From the NCBI GenBank assembly GCA_037443365.1, contig JBBIOM010000005.1, positions 5,760 to 69,759 of the forward strand: DNA of 64,000 nucleotides, read 5' to 3'. A model generated the notes under the pieces. It saw nothing but the letters and a program-made list of their open reading frames with translations. It made no database searches and was not told the DNA's origin. The position numbers and the translations under genes were made by a program. Positions 49,356 to 59,327 of this stretch are shown here, piece by piece. This DNA is from Armatimonadota bacterium. GTDB taxonomy: Bacteria > Sysuimicrobiota > Sysuimicrobiia > Sysuimicrobiales > Humicultoraceae. Within the stretch, counting starts at the first letter, position 1. Each line of letters opens with the position of its first letter.

Positions 49356-50185
49356 GTCCCCTCCTCGTCGGTCTCTCGCGAGAGCACGTACTCGCATCGA
49401 AGCCCTCCCTCACGGTGCAGGAGGAAGTCGGCGGCCGCATAACCTCGGCCGAAATAGTGAAGGAACGCCTCCCGGCTGGCCACCCGCCAGGCATGTGCCA
49501 GACCCAGGTCGCGCGCGCGCAGGTCCGGGAAGTCGGCCGGGATCTCGAGCAGGACCGCGCTCGCCTCCAGGCCCAGGACAGGATCACCCGGCGCCGAGGT
49601 CACCGGGTCCAGCGACAATACACGGGGCGAGCCCGTCCACGCGCGGTCTGCGGCCCGCCCCGACGTCGCCTCCTCGACACGGCGTGAGCGCAGTGCCCAG
49701 TCCACCTCCATCCTGTCGCTGGCGGTTCCCCGGTTCAACGCGTCGGGCATGTCGCCGTAGTAGTCCACGTAGTAGCGGCGCGCGGTGGCTCCCAGCTTGT
49801 GCATGTTGAACCGCGCGTTGATGCTCTGCAGCGGGTCGTACGTCCAGACGGCGTGGTCGTATCCCATCGCCAGCGCTGCCTCCCGCTGGGCGCACTTCAA
49901 CCGGAACCCGATGTCCTGCAGCTGCCTGCCGCTTAGCACGCCGGCCATGTGCGAGTAGAACAGCGGCCGGCCGTTGCGCCATCCGGCAAAGCCGTAGCAG
50001 AACCCGACGAACGTGCCGTCCGGAGCGATCGCGGCGATCACCGCTCCGCCGGCGCCACAGGCCGCCTGGAACTGGTGTACCGGCACGATGTCGCGCTCGG
50101 GCATCCCCCAGATCGCGATCTGCAGATCCTCTATCCGCCGGAACGCGTCGATGTCCTTGACCGTGGCTATCACGACATCCGTCAT
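49352..50185 (-). CDS. GNAT-family acyltransferase (candidate D-amino acid N-succinyltransferase)
   Basis: YSHMAGV, IGFRLKCAQRE, WTYDPL, NARFN, YYGDMPD, SDR; coupled to the racemase gene. Confidence 0.82.
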   Translation of the reverse strand: MTDVVIATVKDIDAFRRIEDLQIAIWGMPERDIVPVHQFQAACGAGGAVIAAIAPDGTFVGFCYGFAGWRNGRPLFYSHMAGVLSGRQLQDIGFRLKCAQREAALAMGYDHAVWTYDPLQSINARFNMHKLGATARRYYVDYYGDMPDALNRGTASDRMEVDWALRSRRVEEATSGRAADRAWTGSPRVLSLDPVTSAPGDPVLGLEASAVLLEIPADFPDLRARDLGLAHAWRVASREAFLHYFGRGYAAADFLLHREGGLRCEYVLSRETDEEGT

Positions 50186-50244
50186 GTCTGCATCACAAGG
50201 GAGAAGGGTTCGCCGCGGGCGGCCCGAACTCTTCCTGCGGCTCC

Positions 50245-51594
50245 ATGGATGCCCTTCGCGCTCACGCCGCAGCCTACCTGACCGAGCACATAGGTCGCCT
50301 CGACGGACTCGTCCGGCTGCCCAGCGTCGCTGCCCAGGGGCAGGGGCTCGAGGAGACGGCCGCGGCGGTGCGCGGTCTGTTCGAGGACACCGGGGGCGCC
50401 TCCGAGATCCTGCGCCTTCCGGGCGCCGCGCCGGTCGTCCTTGCCGAGTTCTCCGGGCGAAGCGACCGCACGCTGCTGTTCTACGATCACTACGACGTTC
50501 AGCCGGCTGAACCCCTGGGCGAGTGGACCGTCCCTCCCTTCCAGGTGACGCAGCGCGACGGCCGCATCTACGGCCGGGGGGTGAGCGACAACAAGGGCGA
50601 TCTGGTCACGCGGCTGGCCGCGCTGCGGGCGCTGCGCGACACCTCGGGCGGGCTCCCCTGCCGCGTGCTCTTCCTCGTCGAGGGCGAGGAGGAGATCGGA
50701 TCGGTCCACTTCCACTCCCACGTATCCGGCCTGCGCGAGCGCCTGCGCGCCGACGCCTGCATCTGGGAGTATGGTGACCGCGACCCCGCTGAGCGGCTGG
50801 GCGTCATCGCCGGGGTGAAGGGCATCTGCTACGTCGAGATCGAGCTCACCGCAACGGGCCGGGACCTCCACTCCTCGATGGGTGCCATCGTGGAAGGCGC
50901 CGCCACCCGGCTGGCCTGGGCTCTGGCCGGTCTGCGCGATTCAACGGGGCGCATCCTGATCCCGGGGTTCTACGATAGGGTGACCCCGCCGCGGCCCGGT
51001 GCGCTGGCAGCGGCGCGCGCGATGCCCTTTGAAGAGGCCCGGACGCGGGAGCACGCCGGCGTGCGCGCCTTCATCGGCGGGCGCACCGGATGGGAAGCGG
51101 TGCACGCCCTGCTGTTTGAGCCCACCTGCACCGTCTGCGGCCTCGAGGCGGGGTACACCGGCGCCGGGCTCAAGACCGTGCTGCCCCGGCGCGCCCGCGC
51201 CAAGATTGACTTCCGGCTGGTGCCCGACCAGGACCCCGAAGAGATCGCAGCGCTCCTGCGCGCCCACCTCGATCGCCGCGGGTTTGCGGACTGCGCCATC
51301 ATCACCCTGGGTGGCGAGCGCGCCTTTCAGACCGATCCGTCGCATCCCTTCGTGCGGACAGTGCTGGATGCCGCATCCGCGTCCACCGGCCGCGAGGTCG
51401 TGCTCGTTCCCACCTCGCCCGGCACCGGGCCGATGCATCCGGTAGGCGATCTGCTGGCGGTACCTGTCGTCAGCATCGGGACTGGCTACTGGGGCTGCAA
51501 CGCCCACGCGCCCGACGAGCACATACGGGTCGCCGACTTCGAAGAGACGATCGTCATGATCGCCCACCTGCTGGAGCGCTTCGCGCGCGCTTGA
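50245..51594 (+). CDS. M20/M25/M40 family metallo-hydrolase
   Basis: [35 protein letters not shown]. Confidence 0.93.
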   Translation: MDALRAHAAAYLTEHIGRLDGLVRLPSVAAQGQGLEETAAAVRGLFEDTGGASEILRLPGAAPVVLAEFSGRSDRTLLFYDHYDVQPAEPLGEWTVPPFQVTQRDGRIYGRGVSDNKGDLVTRLAALRALRDTSGGLPCRVLFLVEGEEEIGSVHFHSHVSGLRERLRADACIWEYGDRDPAERLGVIAGVKGICYVEIELTATGRDLHSSMGAIVEGAATRLAWALAGLRDSTGRILIPGFYDRVTPPRPGALAAARAMPFEEARTREHAGVRAFIGGRTGWEAVHALLFEPTCTVCGLEAGYTGAGLKTVLPRRARAKIDFRLVPDQDPEEIAALLRAHLDRRGFADCAIITLGGERAFQTDPSHPFVRTVLDAASASTGREVVLVPTSPGTGPMHPVGDLLAVPVVSIGTGYWGCNAHAPDEHIRVADFEETIVMIAHLLERFARA

Positions 51595-51607
51595 GGGTGC
51601 GCGCCGG

Positions 51608-52972
51608 ATGGAGGCCCCGATGCCGCCGCTACGTGACGTAACCAGGGAGCACGCCGATCTCGCGTTGGAGGTGCTGCGCGCGCTGCTTCGCCAGCCCAGC
51701 GTGGCCGCCACCGGCGAGGGGATCGCCGCCTGCGCAGACCTGGTCCGCCGCGCCTTCGAGGATGCCGGCGCATCCGCGACCGCGCATCAGATTGGCAACG
51801 CCGCCCCGGTAGTGATCGCCGAGTTCGAGGGGACGGGCGATCGCACCCTCCTGTTCTACGACCACTATGATGTCCAGCCCGCCGATCCCCTAAGCGAGTG
51901 GAGCTCGCCGCCGTTCGAGCCGGCTGTGCGCGACGGCCGTCTGTACGCGCGCGGCGTCGCCGACAACAAGGGCGACCTGGTCACCCGCCTGGCCGCCGTG
52001 CGGGCGCTTCAGGCGGCCCGGGGCCGGCTGCCCTGCCGGGTGAAGTTCCTGGTCGAGGGCGAGGAGGAGATCGGATCGCCCGCGTTCGGCTCGTACGTGC
52101 GGGCGCACGCAGGCGCGCTGCGCTCGGATGCGTGCATCTGGGAATCCGGGCTGCGGGACCTCAAGGAGAGGATGGAGATAACTGCCGGCATCAAGGGCAT
52201 ATGCTACCTCGACCTGGAACTGCGCGCCGCCAGTCGGGATCTCCACTCGTCGTTGGGCGCCCTAGTGGAGGGAGCCGGCAATCAGATGGCCTGGGCGCTG
52301 GCCTCACTGAAGGATCCGGCCAGCGGCCGCGTCCTGGTGGAGGGCTTCTACGACCGTGTGCGGTCACCGAGCGCGCGCGAGATCGCCTCTGCCCGGGCGC
52401 TCCCGTTCGATGAGTCCGAGATCAAGGCGTACGTCGGCGTGGACCGCTTCATAGGGGGCCTCACCGGATATGACGCGCTGTGCAGGCTCCTCTTCCAGCC
52501 CACCTGCACGGTCTGCGGTCTGGAAGGCGGTTACACCGGGGAGGGATCCAAGACGGTGCTGCCGCGCCGCGCACACGCCAAGGTGGACTTCCGGCTGGTG
52601 CCTGACCAGGACCCTGACGAGATCGCCGATCTGGTACGCGCGCACTTCGCTCGACTGGGGATCGAGATCGAGGTATCGCTGCTTGGAGGCGAACGCGCCT
52701 ACCGCACCGACCTGGACGACCCGTTCGTGTCGCTCGTGGCCGACGTGGCAAGCGAGACCACCGGCCGCGAGATCAAGCTCTACCCCACCTCTCCTGGCAC
52801 CGGTCCGATGTACGAACTGGGAGGTGTGCTGGGGATACCGGTGGTTGGCGTCGGCGGATCCTACTGGGGCAGCCGCGCGCACGCGCCCGACGAGAACATC
52901 CGGATGGCCGACTTCGAGGAGACGGTCTACCTGATGGCGCGGCTGATCGAGCGCTTCGCAGGGCTGCCCTAA
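51608..52972 (+). CDS. M20/M25/M40 family metallo-hydrolase (tandem paralog)
   Basis: [35 protein letters not shown]; collinear with the upstream gene. Confidence 0.93.
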   Translation: MEAPMPPLRDVTREHADLALEVLRALLRQPSVAATGEGIAACADLVRRAFEDAGASATAHQIGNAAPVVIAEFEGTGDRTLLFYDHYDVQPADPLSEWSSPPFEPAVRDGRLYARGVADNKGDLVTRLAAVRALQAARGRLPCRVKFLVEGEEEIGSPAFGSYVRAHAGALRSDACIWESGLRDLKERMEITAGIKGICYLDLELRAASRDLHSSLGALVEGAGNQMAWALASLKDPASGRVLVEGFYDRVRSPSAREIASARALPFDESEIKAYVGVDRFIGGLTGYDALCRLLFQPTCTVCGLEGGYTGEGSKTVLPRRAHAKVDFRLVPDQDPDEIADLVRAHFARLGIEIEVSLLGGERAYRTDLDDPFVSLVADVASETTGREIKLYPTSPGTGPMYELGGVLGIPVVGVGGSYWGSRAHAPDENIRMADFEETVYLMARLIERFAGLP

Positions 52973-54369
52973 GACTGCATGCGCGCGCGCAGCGCGGCCA
53001 GATTCGGGCTCAGTGCCACGTGGTACGCCACCGCGTCCTCCAGGCGGCAGAGCTCCTCGGGGAGCGACGCCAGACGCTCGGTGCAGCGCGCGCGAATCGC
53101 GGAGAGGGTCTCGGATCGCAGGCGTGCGCCGGCTTGCATCGCATCCGCCAGCAAGGGAACGCCCCCCGGCGGCGGAGGCTCGTCGTGCAACGCGATCAGA
53201 TCGCCGATGGGCCCGCCGTAGGGGTCGGTGCTCCTCCAGACCTGCTTCCTGCCCGGCAGCGTGGCCTTGCCGGTGCTCAGCTTGACCCGGTATCCCTTCT
53301 CGTCCTCGACCAGCTTGTACACTCCGCCGATGCTGGGAGCGTCCGCCGAGGTCCCCAACTCGGTGCCCACGCCGAAGGCGTCCGCCGCCGCGCCTTGCGC
53401 CAGCATCTCGGCGATGCGGTACTCGTTGAGGTCCCCGCTAAGGAGAATCTGCACGTCGCGCAGCCCTGAGGCGTCTAGCGCCGCCCGCACGGCCCGGCTG
53501 TGCGAGACCAGGTCGCCGCTGTCTATGCGCACGCCGCGCAGCCGCGCGCCCGCGGATGCCATCTCGCGGCCGACCGTGATCGCGTTCTGCGCGCCCTGCA
53601 TCGTGTCGTAGGTGTCTATGAGCAGCACGGCGTTGGTTGGGAAGTCGCGCGCGAACGCGCGGAAGGCCTCGAGCTCGTCCGAGAAGGACATGACGTACGA
53701 GTGCGCCATCGTCCCCACGACCGGGATCCCATAGATCATACCGGCGAGCACGTTGGAGGTGCCGGTGCAGCCGGCGATGTAGGCGGCCCGCGCGGCCTTG
53801 AGTGCCGCGTCGGCGCCGTGGTCGCGCCGTGGGGAGAAGTCCACCACGCCGCGCCCCCGGGCGGCCAGCACCGCGCGCGCCGCCTTGCTGGCCACCATCA
53901 CCTGGAAGTTCAGGGTGTTGAGCAGGAACGTCTCGACGATCTGTGCCTCGATGCGGGGCGCGCTCACCTCCAGCAGGGGCTCGTTGGGGAAGAACACCTC
54001 GCCTTCGGGGATGGCCCGCACGTCGCCGCTGAAGCGGAAGCCGCGCAGGTACTCCAGGAACCGCCCGCTGAACAGCCGGAGTCCGTGCAGGTAGCGGATG
54101 GCCTCGTCCTCGAAGCGCAGCGTCTCGAGGCCGGCCAGGGCCGTCTCGAGGCCGGCACTGACAAGGAACGCGCGGTTGGGGGGTAGCGAGCGCACGAACA
54201 GCGCGAAGGTGGCCCGGCCGTTCATGCCGTTCCGCAGGTAGCTGTCGGCCATGGCCAGCTCGTACAGGTCCACGAGCAGGGCCAGGTTGGACGGGGTCAG
54301 GTGCCCGAAGCCGGGAAAGCGCCCTCCCGCATCCTCGAGCCCGCCGGGGTCGTTCGCGCTCACAGCCAT
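52969..54369 (-). CDS. pncB: Nicotinate phosphoribosyltransferase
   Basis: DLYELAM, GTSNV, GTMAHS, LIDTYDT, RIDSGD, GVYKL. Confidence 0.95.
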   Translation of the reverse strand: MAVSANDPGGLEDAGGRFPGFGHLTPSNLALLVDLYELAMADSYLRNGMNGRATFALFVRSLPPNRAFLVSAGLETALAGLETLRFEDEAIRYLHGLRLFSGRFLEYLRGFRFSGDVRAIPEGEVFFPNEPLLEVSAPRIEAQIVETFLLNTLNFQVMVASKAARAVLAARGRGVVDFSPRRDHGADAALKAARAAYIAGCTGTSNVLAGMIYGIPVVGTMAHSYVMSFSDELEAFRAFARDFPTNAVLLIDTYDTMQGAQNAITVGREMASAGARLRGVRIDSGDLVSHSRAVRAALDASGLRDVQILLSGDLNEYRIAEMLAQGAAADAFGVGTELGTSADAPSIGGVYKLVEDEKGYRVKLSTGKATLPGRKQVWRSTDPYGGPIGDLIALHDEPPPPGGVPLLADAMQAGARLRSETLSAIRARCTERLASLPEELCRLEDAVAYHVALSPNLAALRARMQS

Positions 54370-55346
54370 CGCAGGCGGCGGAAGATCGCCAGCATCGTCA
54401 GCACGCTGGCTGCCATGAGCCCCAGGGCGGCCGCGAACCCGCCCCGCCAGTCAAACGGCGGGAAGGCCCGTTCGAAGTTCATCCCGTAGATTCCGGAGAT
54501 GACCGCCAGCGAGGCGAAGATCGCGGTGATGACCGTGAGCACCTTCATCACCTCGTTCAGCCGGTTGCTCACGATGCTCAGGTATATGTCCAGCGCCCCG
54601 GCCAGCAGGTCGCGGTGCGCGTCGATCTGGTCGGTGATGCGCAGCAGGTGATCGTAGATGTCGCGGAAGTAGGCGCGCAGCGGTGCGCCGACGAGGCGCG
54701 AGTCGTGCCGCATCAAGAGGTTCATCATGTCGCGCTGCGGCGCCGCGACATGCCGCAGGTGCAGCAGCGCGCGCTTCGCACTGAAGAGCTGGTCCATCGT
54801 CTTCTGCCTGGGCTCCCTGAAGAGCGTGTCCTCGAGGCGCTCCACGTAGCCGTCCAGGGCGTCGAGCACCGGGAAGTACGAGTCCACCACGGCGTCGAGG
54901 ATGGCGTAGAGAACGTGACCCTCGCTGCTGCGCAGGCCGGCCGGGGCCGCCGCGAGGCGCCGCCGGACCTCGTCCAGAACCGGAGCCGCGCCGCTGTGGG
55001 CGGTAATCACGAAGCCCGGTCCCATGAAGATGTCAATCTCGTCCAGACCGACGTCGTGCCCGCCCGGGCCGCGGAGCCGCGCAGCGTGCGTGGTGACGAA
55101 CAACAGCCCATCATACTCCTCGGCCTTGGGGCGCTGCCGGCGTTTGAGCGCGTCCTCGACCGCCAGGGGGTGCAGTCCGAATACGCTGGCGACGGGCGCG
55201 ATCATCTCCTGGGTGGGGCGCGACAGATCAATCCACAGGACCTGCCCCTCGCGTCCCCGCAGGGAGTCGAGGGGCTCTGGAGGGTCGGCAATGGTCTCCG
55301 GGCCGCGGAAGACCAGGACCTGTATGCCAGGACGGGGCGCGGGCAT
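54360..55346 (-). CDS. corA: Magnesium/cobalt transporter CorA
   Basis: [31 protein letters not shown]. Confidence 0.95.
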   Translation of the reverse strand: MPAPRPGIQVLVFRGPETIADPPEPLDSLRGREGQVLWIDLSRPTQEMIAPVASVFGLHPLAVEDALKRRQRPKAEEYDGLLFVTTHAARLRGPGGHDVGLDEIDIFMGPGFVITAHSGAAPVLDEVRRRLAAAPAGLRSSEGHVLYAILDAVVDSYFPVLDALDGYVERLEDTLFREPRQKTMDQLFSAKRALLHLRHVAAPQRDMMNLLMRHDSRLVGAPLRAYFRDIYDHLLRITDQIDAHRDLLAGALDIYLSIVSNRLNEVMKVLTVITAIFASLAVISGIYGMNFERAFPPFDWRGGFAAALGLMAASVLTMLAIFRRLRWL

Positions 55347-55572
55347 CGGGAAGTACGTTCGTCCCGCGGGGGGGCTTTCCTTGCAGGGAGGACGCCGGAC
55401 CAGGAGGAATCCCGTCCCGCCGCGAATAGAGGCGGTGCTCCACGACAGCCGTCCACGAGGGGTGCGCCCAGGATGAGGGTGGCCTCCTGTCATCTGATGA
55501 GCACGTCTCCTGCCGCGTGCATCTGTCGAGCCATGCGAGAAGCATGAGAGAAAGAAGGGAGGGGAGAGTCCG

Positions 55573-57318
55573 ATGAGCAAGCTGCTTCGGGTCAACATGA
55601 CCGACCTGAAGGCCGCGTTCGAGGAAGTCCCCGAGCCCTACCGGCTTTGGGGAGGCCGGGGCTTCACTTCAATGCTCACGTCCGGGGAGGTCCCGCCCAA
55701 CTGCCATCCCCTCGGCCCCAACAACAAGCTCACCATCGCGCCCGGGATCGTGAGCGGCACCGCGGCGCCCACCTCCGGCCGCACGTCGTTCGGCGGCAAG
55801 AGCCCGTTGACCGGGACGATCAAGGAGACCAACGTCGGAGGGCTGTCCTCGCAGAAGATAGCGCGGCTCGGCATCAAGGGGATCATCATCGAGGGCCAAC
55901 CCGCCGAGGCCGGGAAGTTCTGGCTGCTTCGGATCAACAAGGACGGTGCGGAGTTCCTTCCGGCGACGGACCTGGTGGGCAAGGGGATGTACGAGGTCTG
56001 CCGCACGCTGTGGGAGCGCCACGGCAAGGGTGTGGCGATCATCGGTATAGGCCCGGCAGGCGAGTACCGCCTGACCAACGCCGGCATCTGCGTCAACGAC
56101 CCGGAGAACAGCGCCGGCCGCTACGCCGGGCGCGGCGGCATGGGCGCGGTCATGGGCTCCAAGGGGCTCAAGGCGATCATCGTTGATGACACCGGCGGCC
56201 CAGGGGTGGAGATCGCCGAAAAGGAGCACTTCCGGACGGCGATCAAGAAGCTCACCGAGGCCTCGCTCAAGCACGACGTGACCAAGAAGGAGGGCGCCCT
56301 CAACACCTACGGCACCAACGTCCTGGCCAACATCATGAACGAGGCCGGCGGCTACCCCACGCGCAACTTCAGCGGCGGCCGGTTTGAGCTGACCGGGCAG
56401 ATCAGCGGCGAGGCCGTGGCCGAGCTCGTCAAGAAGCGCGGAGGCGTTGGGACCACGGGCCATCCCTGCCATCCCGGCTGCATCATCCAGTGCTCTAACA
56501 TCTTCCCCTACCCCGACGGCAAGTTCCACACCTCGGTGCTGGAGTACGAGTCGGTGTGGGCGCTGGGCGCCAACTGCGGGATAGGCAACCTGGACGACAT
56601 CGCCGACCTGGTCTGGGCGTGCAACGACGTCGGCCTGGACACCATCGAGGCAGGCGCCACGATCGCCGTGGCCATGGAGGGCGGCCTGCTCGAGTTCGGG
56701 GACGCCCAGGGCGCCAAGAAGTTGATACACGAGGACGTGCGGGGAGGCACTCCGCTGGGCCGCATCATCGGCTGCGGCGCCGAGCTGACCGGCAGGGCGT
56801 TCGGCGTGGTGCGCGTGCCCACGGTGAAGGGCCAGGCCATGCCTGCCTACGAGCCCCGGGTCGTCAAGGGTATCGGCGTGACCTACGCCACCACCACCAT
56901 GGGCGCCGACCACACCTCGGGGTACACGATCGCCCCGGAGATCCTGAGCGTGGGCGGCAAGGCCGATCCGTTCAACCCGCAGAAGGCCGAGCTGTCGCGC
57001 TCGTTCCAGGCGGCCACCGCGTTCATTGACACGAGCGGGTACTGCCTGTTCGATGCCTTCGCGGTGCTCGACATCCCGGAGGGCCTGGCGGGCATGGTGG
57101 AGTCGTGCGCGGCGGTGCTGGGCACGAAGTGGACCGTGGATGACATCGGGCGGATCGGCACCGAGGTCCTCAAGGTCGAGCGCGCCTTCAACGCGGCGGC
57201 CGGATTCACCAAGGCACACGACCGCCTGCCCGAGTTCATGAAGTACGAGCCGCTCCCGCCGCACAACACGGTGTTCGACGTGCCGGACGAGGATCTGGAC
57301 AAGGTGCACGCCTATTGA
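55573..57318 (+). CDS. Aldehyde:ferredoxin oxidoreductase family (tungstopterin) enzyme
   Basis: KSPLTGTIKE, IGPAGE, GRGGMGAVMGSK, CHPGCIIQC, EYES, GLDTI, GADH, DRLP. Confidence 0.93.
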   Translation: MSKLLRVNMTDLKAAFEEVPEPYRLWGGRGFTSMLTSGEVPPNCHPLGPNNKLTIAPGIVSGTAAPTSGRTSFGGKSPLTGTIKETNVGGLSSQKIARLGIKGIIIEGQPAEAGKFWLLRINKDGAEFLPATDLVGKGMYEVCRTLWERHGKGVAIIGIGPAGEYRLTNAGICVNDPENSAGRYAGRGGMGAVMGSKGLKAIIVDDTGGPGVEIAEKEHFRTAIKKLTEASLKHDVTKKEGALNTYGTNVLANIMNEAGGYPTRNFSGGRFELTGQISGEAVAELVKKRGGVGTTGHPCHPGCIIQCSNIFPYPDGKFHTSVLEYESVWALGANCGIGNLDDIADLVWACNDVGLDTIEAGATIAVAMEGGLLEFGDAQGAKKLIHEDVRGGTPLGRIIGCGAELTGRAFGVVRVPTVKGQAMPAYEPRVVKGIGVTYATTTMGADHTSGYTIAPEILSVGGKADPFNPQKAELSRSFQAATAFIDTSGYCLFDAFAVLDIPEGLAGMVESCAAVLGTKWTVDDIGRIGTEVLKVERAFNAAAGFTKAHDRLPEFMKYEPLPPHNTVFDVPDEDLDKVHAY

Positions 57319-57569
57319 TTGAGGTTCACCTGTACGGGCGGCTGCGGCGTCTGGCCGCGCAGCCAGGGGTGTGGAGGCCTTCGATCGCCTGGGTCGCCCT
57401 GCCGGAAGGCACGGTCGCCCAGGTGATCGAGGTGCTTGGCATTGGGCCGGGGGACGTGAGCAACATCTTCGTCAACGGGTGCTACGATCAGGCAGCGCTG
57501 GGCCGGACCGTGCGGAGCGGAGATCGGATCGGGCTGTTCCCTCCTGAGATGCGGATGCTCTATGTCTAG
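57315..57569 (+). CDS. MoaD/ThiS-like beta-grasp protein lacking a C-terminal GG
   Basis: VHLYGRLR, GTVAQVIEVLGI, IFVNG, GDRIGLFPP; ends EMRMLYV. Confidence 0.75.
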   Translation: MIEVHLYGRLRRLAAQPGVWRPSIAWVALPEGTVAQVIEVLGIGPGDVSNIFVNGCYDQAALGRTVRSGDRIGLFPPEMRMLYV

Positions 57570-57849
57570 CGACGCGGTGGACGTGCTCGTCTACGGCGCG
57601 CTGCAGAAGCGGTTCGGCCCCCCTTCGCCGTTTCAGGCGGTGCGCAGGCAGGTGGCCGTGCGCGAGGGGAGCACGATCGCGGAAGTCCTCGGGGCGATCG
57701 GGGTAGCGCCCGAGGAGGCGAGCCACCTCTTCCTCAACCACGAGTACTCCGCCCCCAGCCGGCGCGTGAAGCCCGGGGACCGGCTGGCCGTGTTCGGGCG
57801 CGACATGGCGCTGATCTACCGGCAGTACTTCCGCAAGGCCACCGAATAG
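57562..57849 (+). CDS. MoaD/ThiS-like beta-grasp protein lacking a C-terminal GG
   Basis: VLVYGAL, STIAEVLGAIGV, LFLNH, PGDRLAVFG; ends DMALIYRQYFRKATE. Confidence 0.75.
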   Translation: MSSDAVDVLVYGALQKRFGPPSPFQAVRRQVAVREGSTIAEVLGAIGVAPEEASHLFLNHEYSAPSRRVKPGDRLAVFGRDMALIYRQYFRKATE

Positions 57850-57851
57850 CC

Positions 57852-59327
57852 GTGATCGTCACCGTGCGGCTCTACGCGACGCTGCGGGATCTCGTCCCGG
57901 GCGGGCGGCAGGCCCTGCGGGTGGACCTTCCCGAGGGCACCACCGTGGCAGGCCTGATTGCGCACCTGGGCATCCCCGAAGGGACCGTGCGCAAGGTGTT
58001 CGTTGGCGGGGTTGCCCGGGAGGATTCGTACGTGCTGCAGCCGGGCGATGAGGTGGGCGCGTTCCCGCCGATAGCGGGCGGAGCGCCCGCGCGCGAGTTC
58101 CTGCACATCCTGACGGTGGACCAGGCCCGGGCGCGATTCCTGGAGGCCTGGAACCCCTCGCCCCCGCGAGCCGTCCCCGTGGATCTCGCCGCGGCCTGCG
58201 GGCGCGTGCTCGCATCGGACGTCGTCGCCCCCGAGGATCTGCCGCCCTTTCCGCGCTCGGTCGTGGACGGCTACGCGGTGCGCGCCGCCGATACCTTTGG
58301 AGCCAGTGAGGGCCTTCCGGCCTACCTCGAGGTTGTCGGCGAGGTCCTCATGGGCGAGGCCCCGGCGCTTGCGCTCGGCCCCGGGCAGGCGGTCCGCATA
58401 CCAACCGGGGCGATATTGCCCCCTGGCGCGGACGCCGCGTTGATGGTCGAGCACACCGAGGAAGTGCCCTCGTCCCAGATCGAGGTCCGTCGCGCCGCGG
58501 GCCCGAGCGAGAACGTTATCACCCGTGGCGAGGATGCCCGGCGCGGGGCGGTCGTGCTGCGCGCCGGGGCAGTCCTGCGCGCGGCGCAGATCGGGCTGCT
58601 GGCAGGGCTGGGGGTCACGCGCGTCATGGTGGCGGAGCCCCCGCGCGTAGGGGTGATCTCGACCGGCGACGAGGTCGTCCCGCCCGAGATGACACCTGAG
58701 CCGGGCCGCATCCGCGACATCAACGGACCGGCGCTCCTCGCCGCGGTTCGCTCCGAAGGTGGGGAGCCTTTCTTCCACGGGATCGTCCCCGACCGGCTCG
58801 GTCCGCTGCTGGATGCGCTCCGCACCGCGCAGGAACGTTGCGACATGGTCCTGGTCTCTGGCGGCAGTTCGATCGGGCTGCGCGACGAGGTCGCGCGTGC
58901 GATCGCCGCGCTGGGGCCACCCGGGGTGCTGGTGCACGGGGTGGCCATGAAGCCGGGCAAGCCCACTGTGCTGGGGCTGTGCGGCCCGACGCCGGTGGTG
59001 GGCCTGCCAGGGCATCCCACCACGGTGCTCGTGGTGTTCCACGTCTTCGTGCGCGAGATGATAGCCCGCCTGCTGGGACGGCGGACTGAGCCTCTCGGCG
59101 CGGTGCGCGCACGACTCGCGCGCCGCGTGGCTTCCGCACCAGGCCGGACCGACTACCTGCGCGTTGCGCTGGAGCAGCGCGACGGCACGTTGTGGGCGAC
59201 GCCGCTCCTTGGCAAGTCAGGCCTCGTCTCCACCATGGCCGGTGCCGACGGGCTCGCCGTTATCCCGGAGCCTGCGGAGGGGATCGAGTACGGTGAAGAG
59301 GTGATGGTGGAGGTCCTGACGTCTTGA
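57852..59327 (+). CDS. moeA: MoaD-like domain fused to molybdopterin/tungstopterin metal insertase MoeA
   Basis: VRLYATLR...GDEVGAFPPIAGG continues in frame into SVVDGYAV, IPTGA, STGDE, SGGSS, KPGKP, GLPG. Confidence 0.9.
   Translation: MIVTVRLYATLRDLVPGGRQALRVDLPEGTTVAGLIAHLGIPEGTVRKVFVGGVAREDSYVLQPGDEVGAFPPIAGGAPAREFLHILTVDQARARFLEAWNPSPPRAVPVDLAAACGRVLASDVVAPEDLPPFPRSVVDGYAVRAADTFGASEGLPAYLEVVGEVLMGEAPALALGPGQAVRIPTGAILPPGADAALMVEHTEEVPSSQIEVRRAAGPSENVITRGEDARRGAVVLRAGAVLRAAQIGLLAGLGVTRVMVAEPPRVGVISTGDEVVPPEMTPEPGRIRDINGPALLAAVRSEGGEPFFHGIVPDRLGPLLDALRTAQERCDMVLVSGGSSIGLRDEVARAIAALGPPGVLVHGVAMKPGKPTVLGLCGPTPVVGLPGHPTTVLVVFHVFVREMIARLLGRRTEPLGAVRARLARRVASAPGRTDYLRVALEQRDGTLWATPLLGKSGLVSTMAGADGLAVIPEPAEGIEYGEEVMVEVLTS

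Noticed and set aside
55669-57309. Long antisense or alternate-frame ORFs (also 28863-30518, 46381-48030, 11350-13119, 1820-3952, 24985-26571)
   Set aside because: They overlap well-supported genes and have low-complexity Arg/Gly/Ala/Pro-rich or typical shadow composition.
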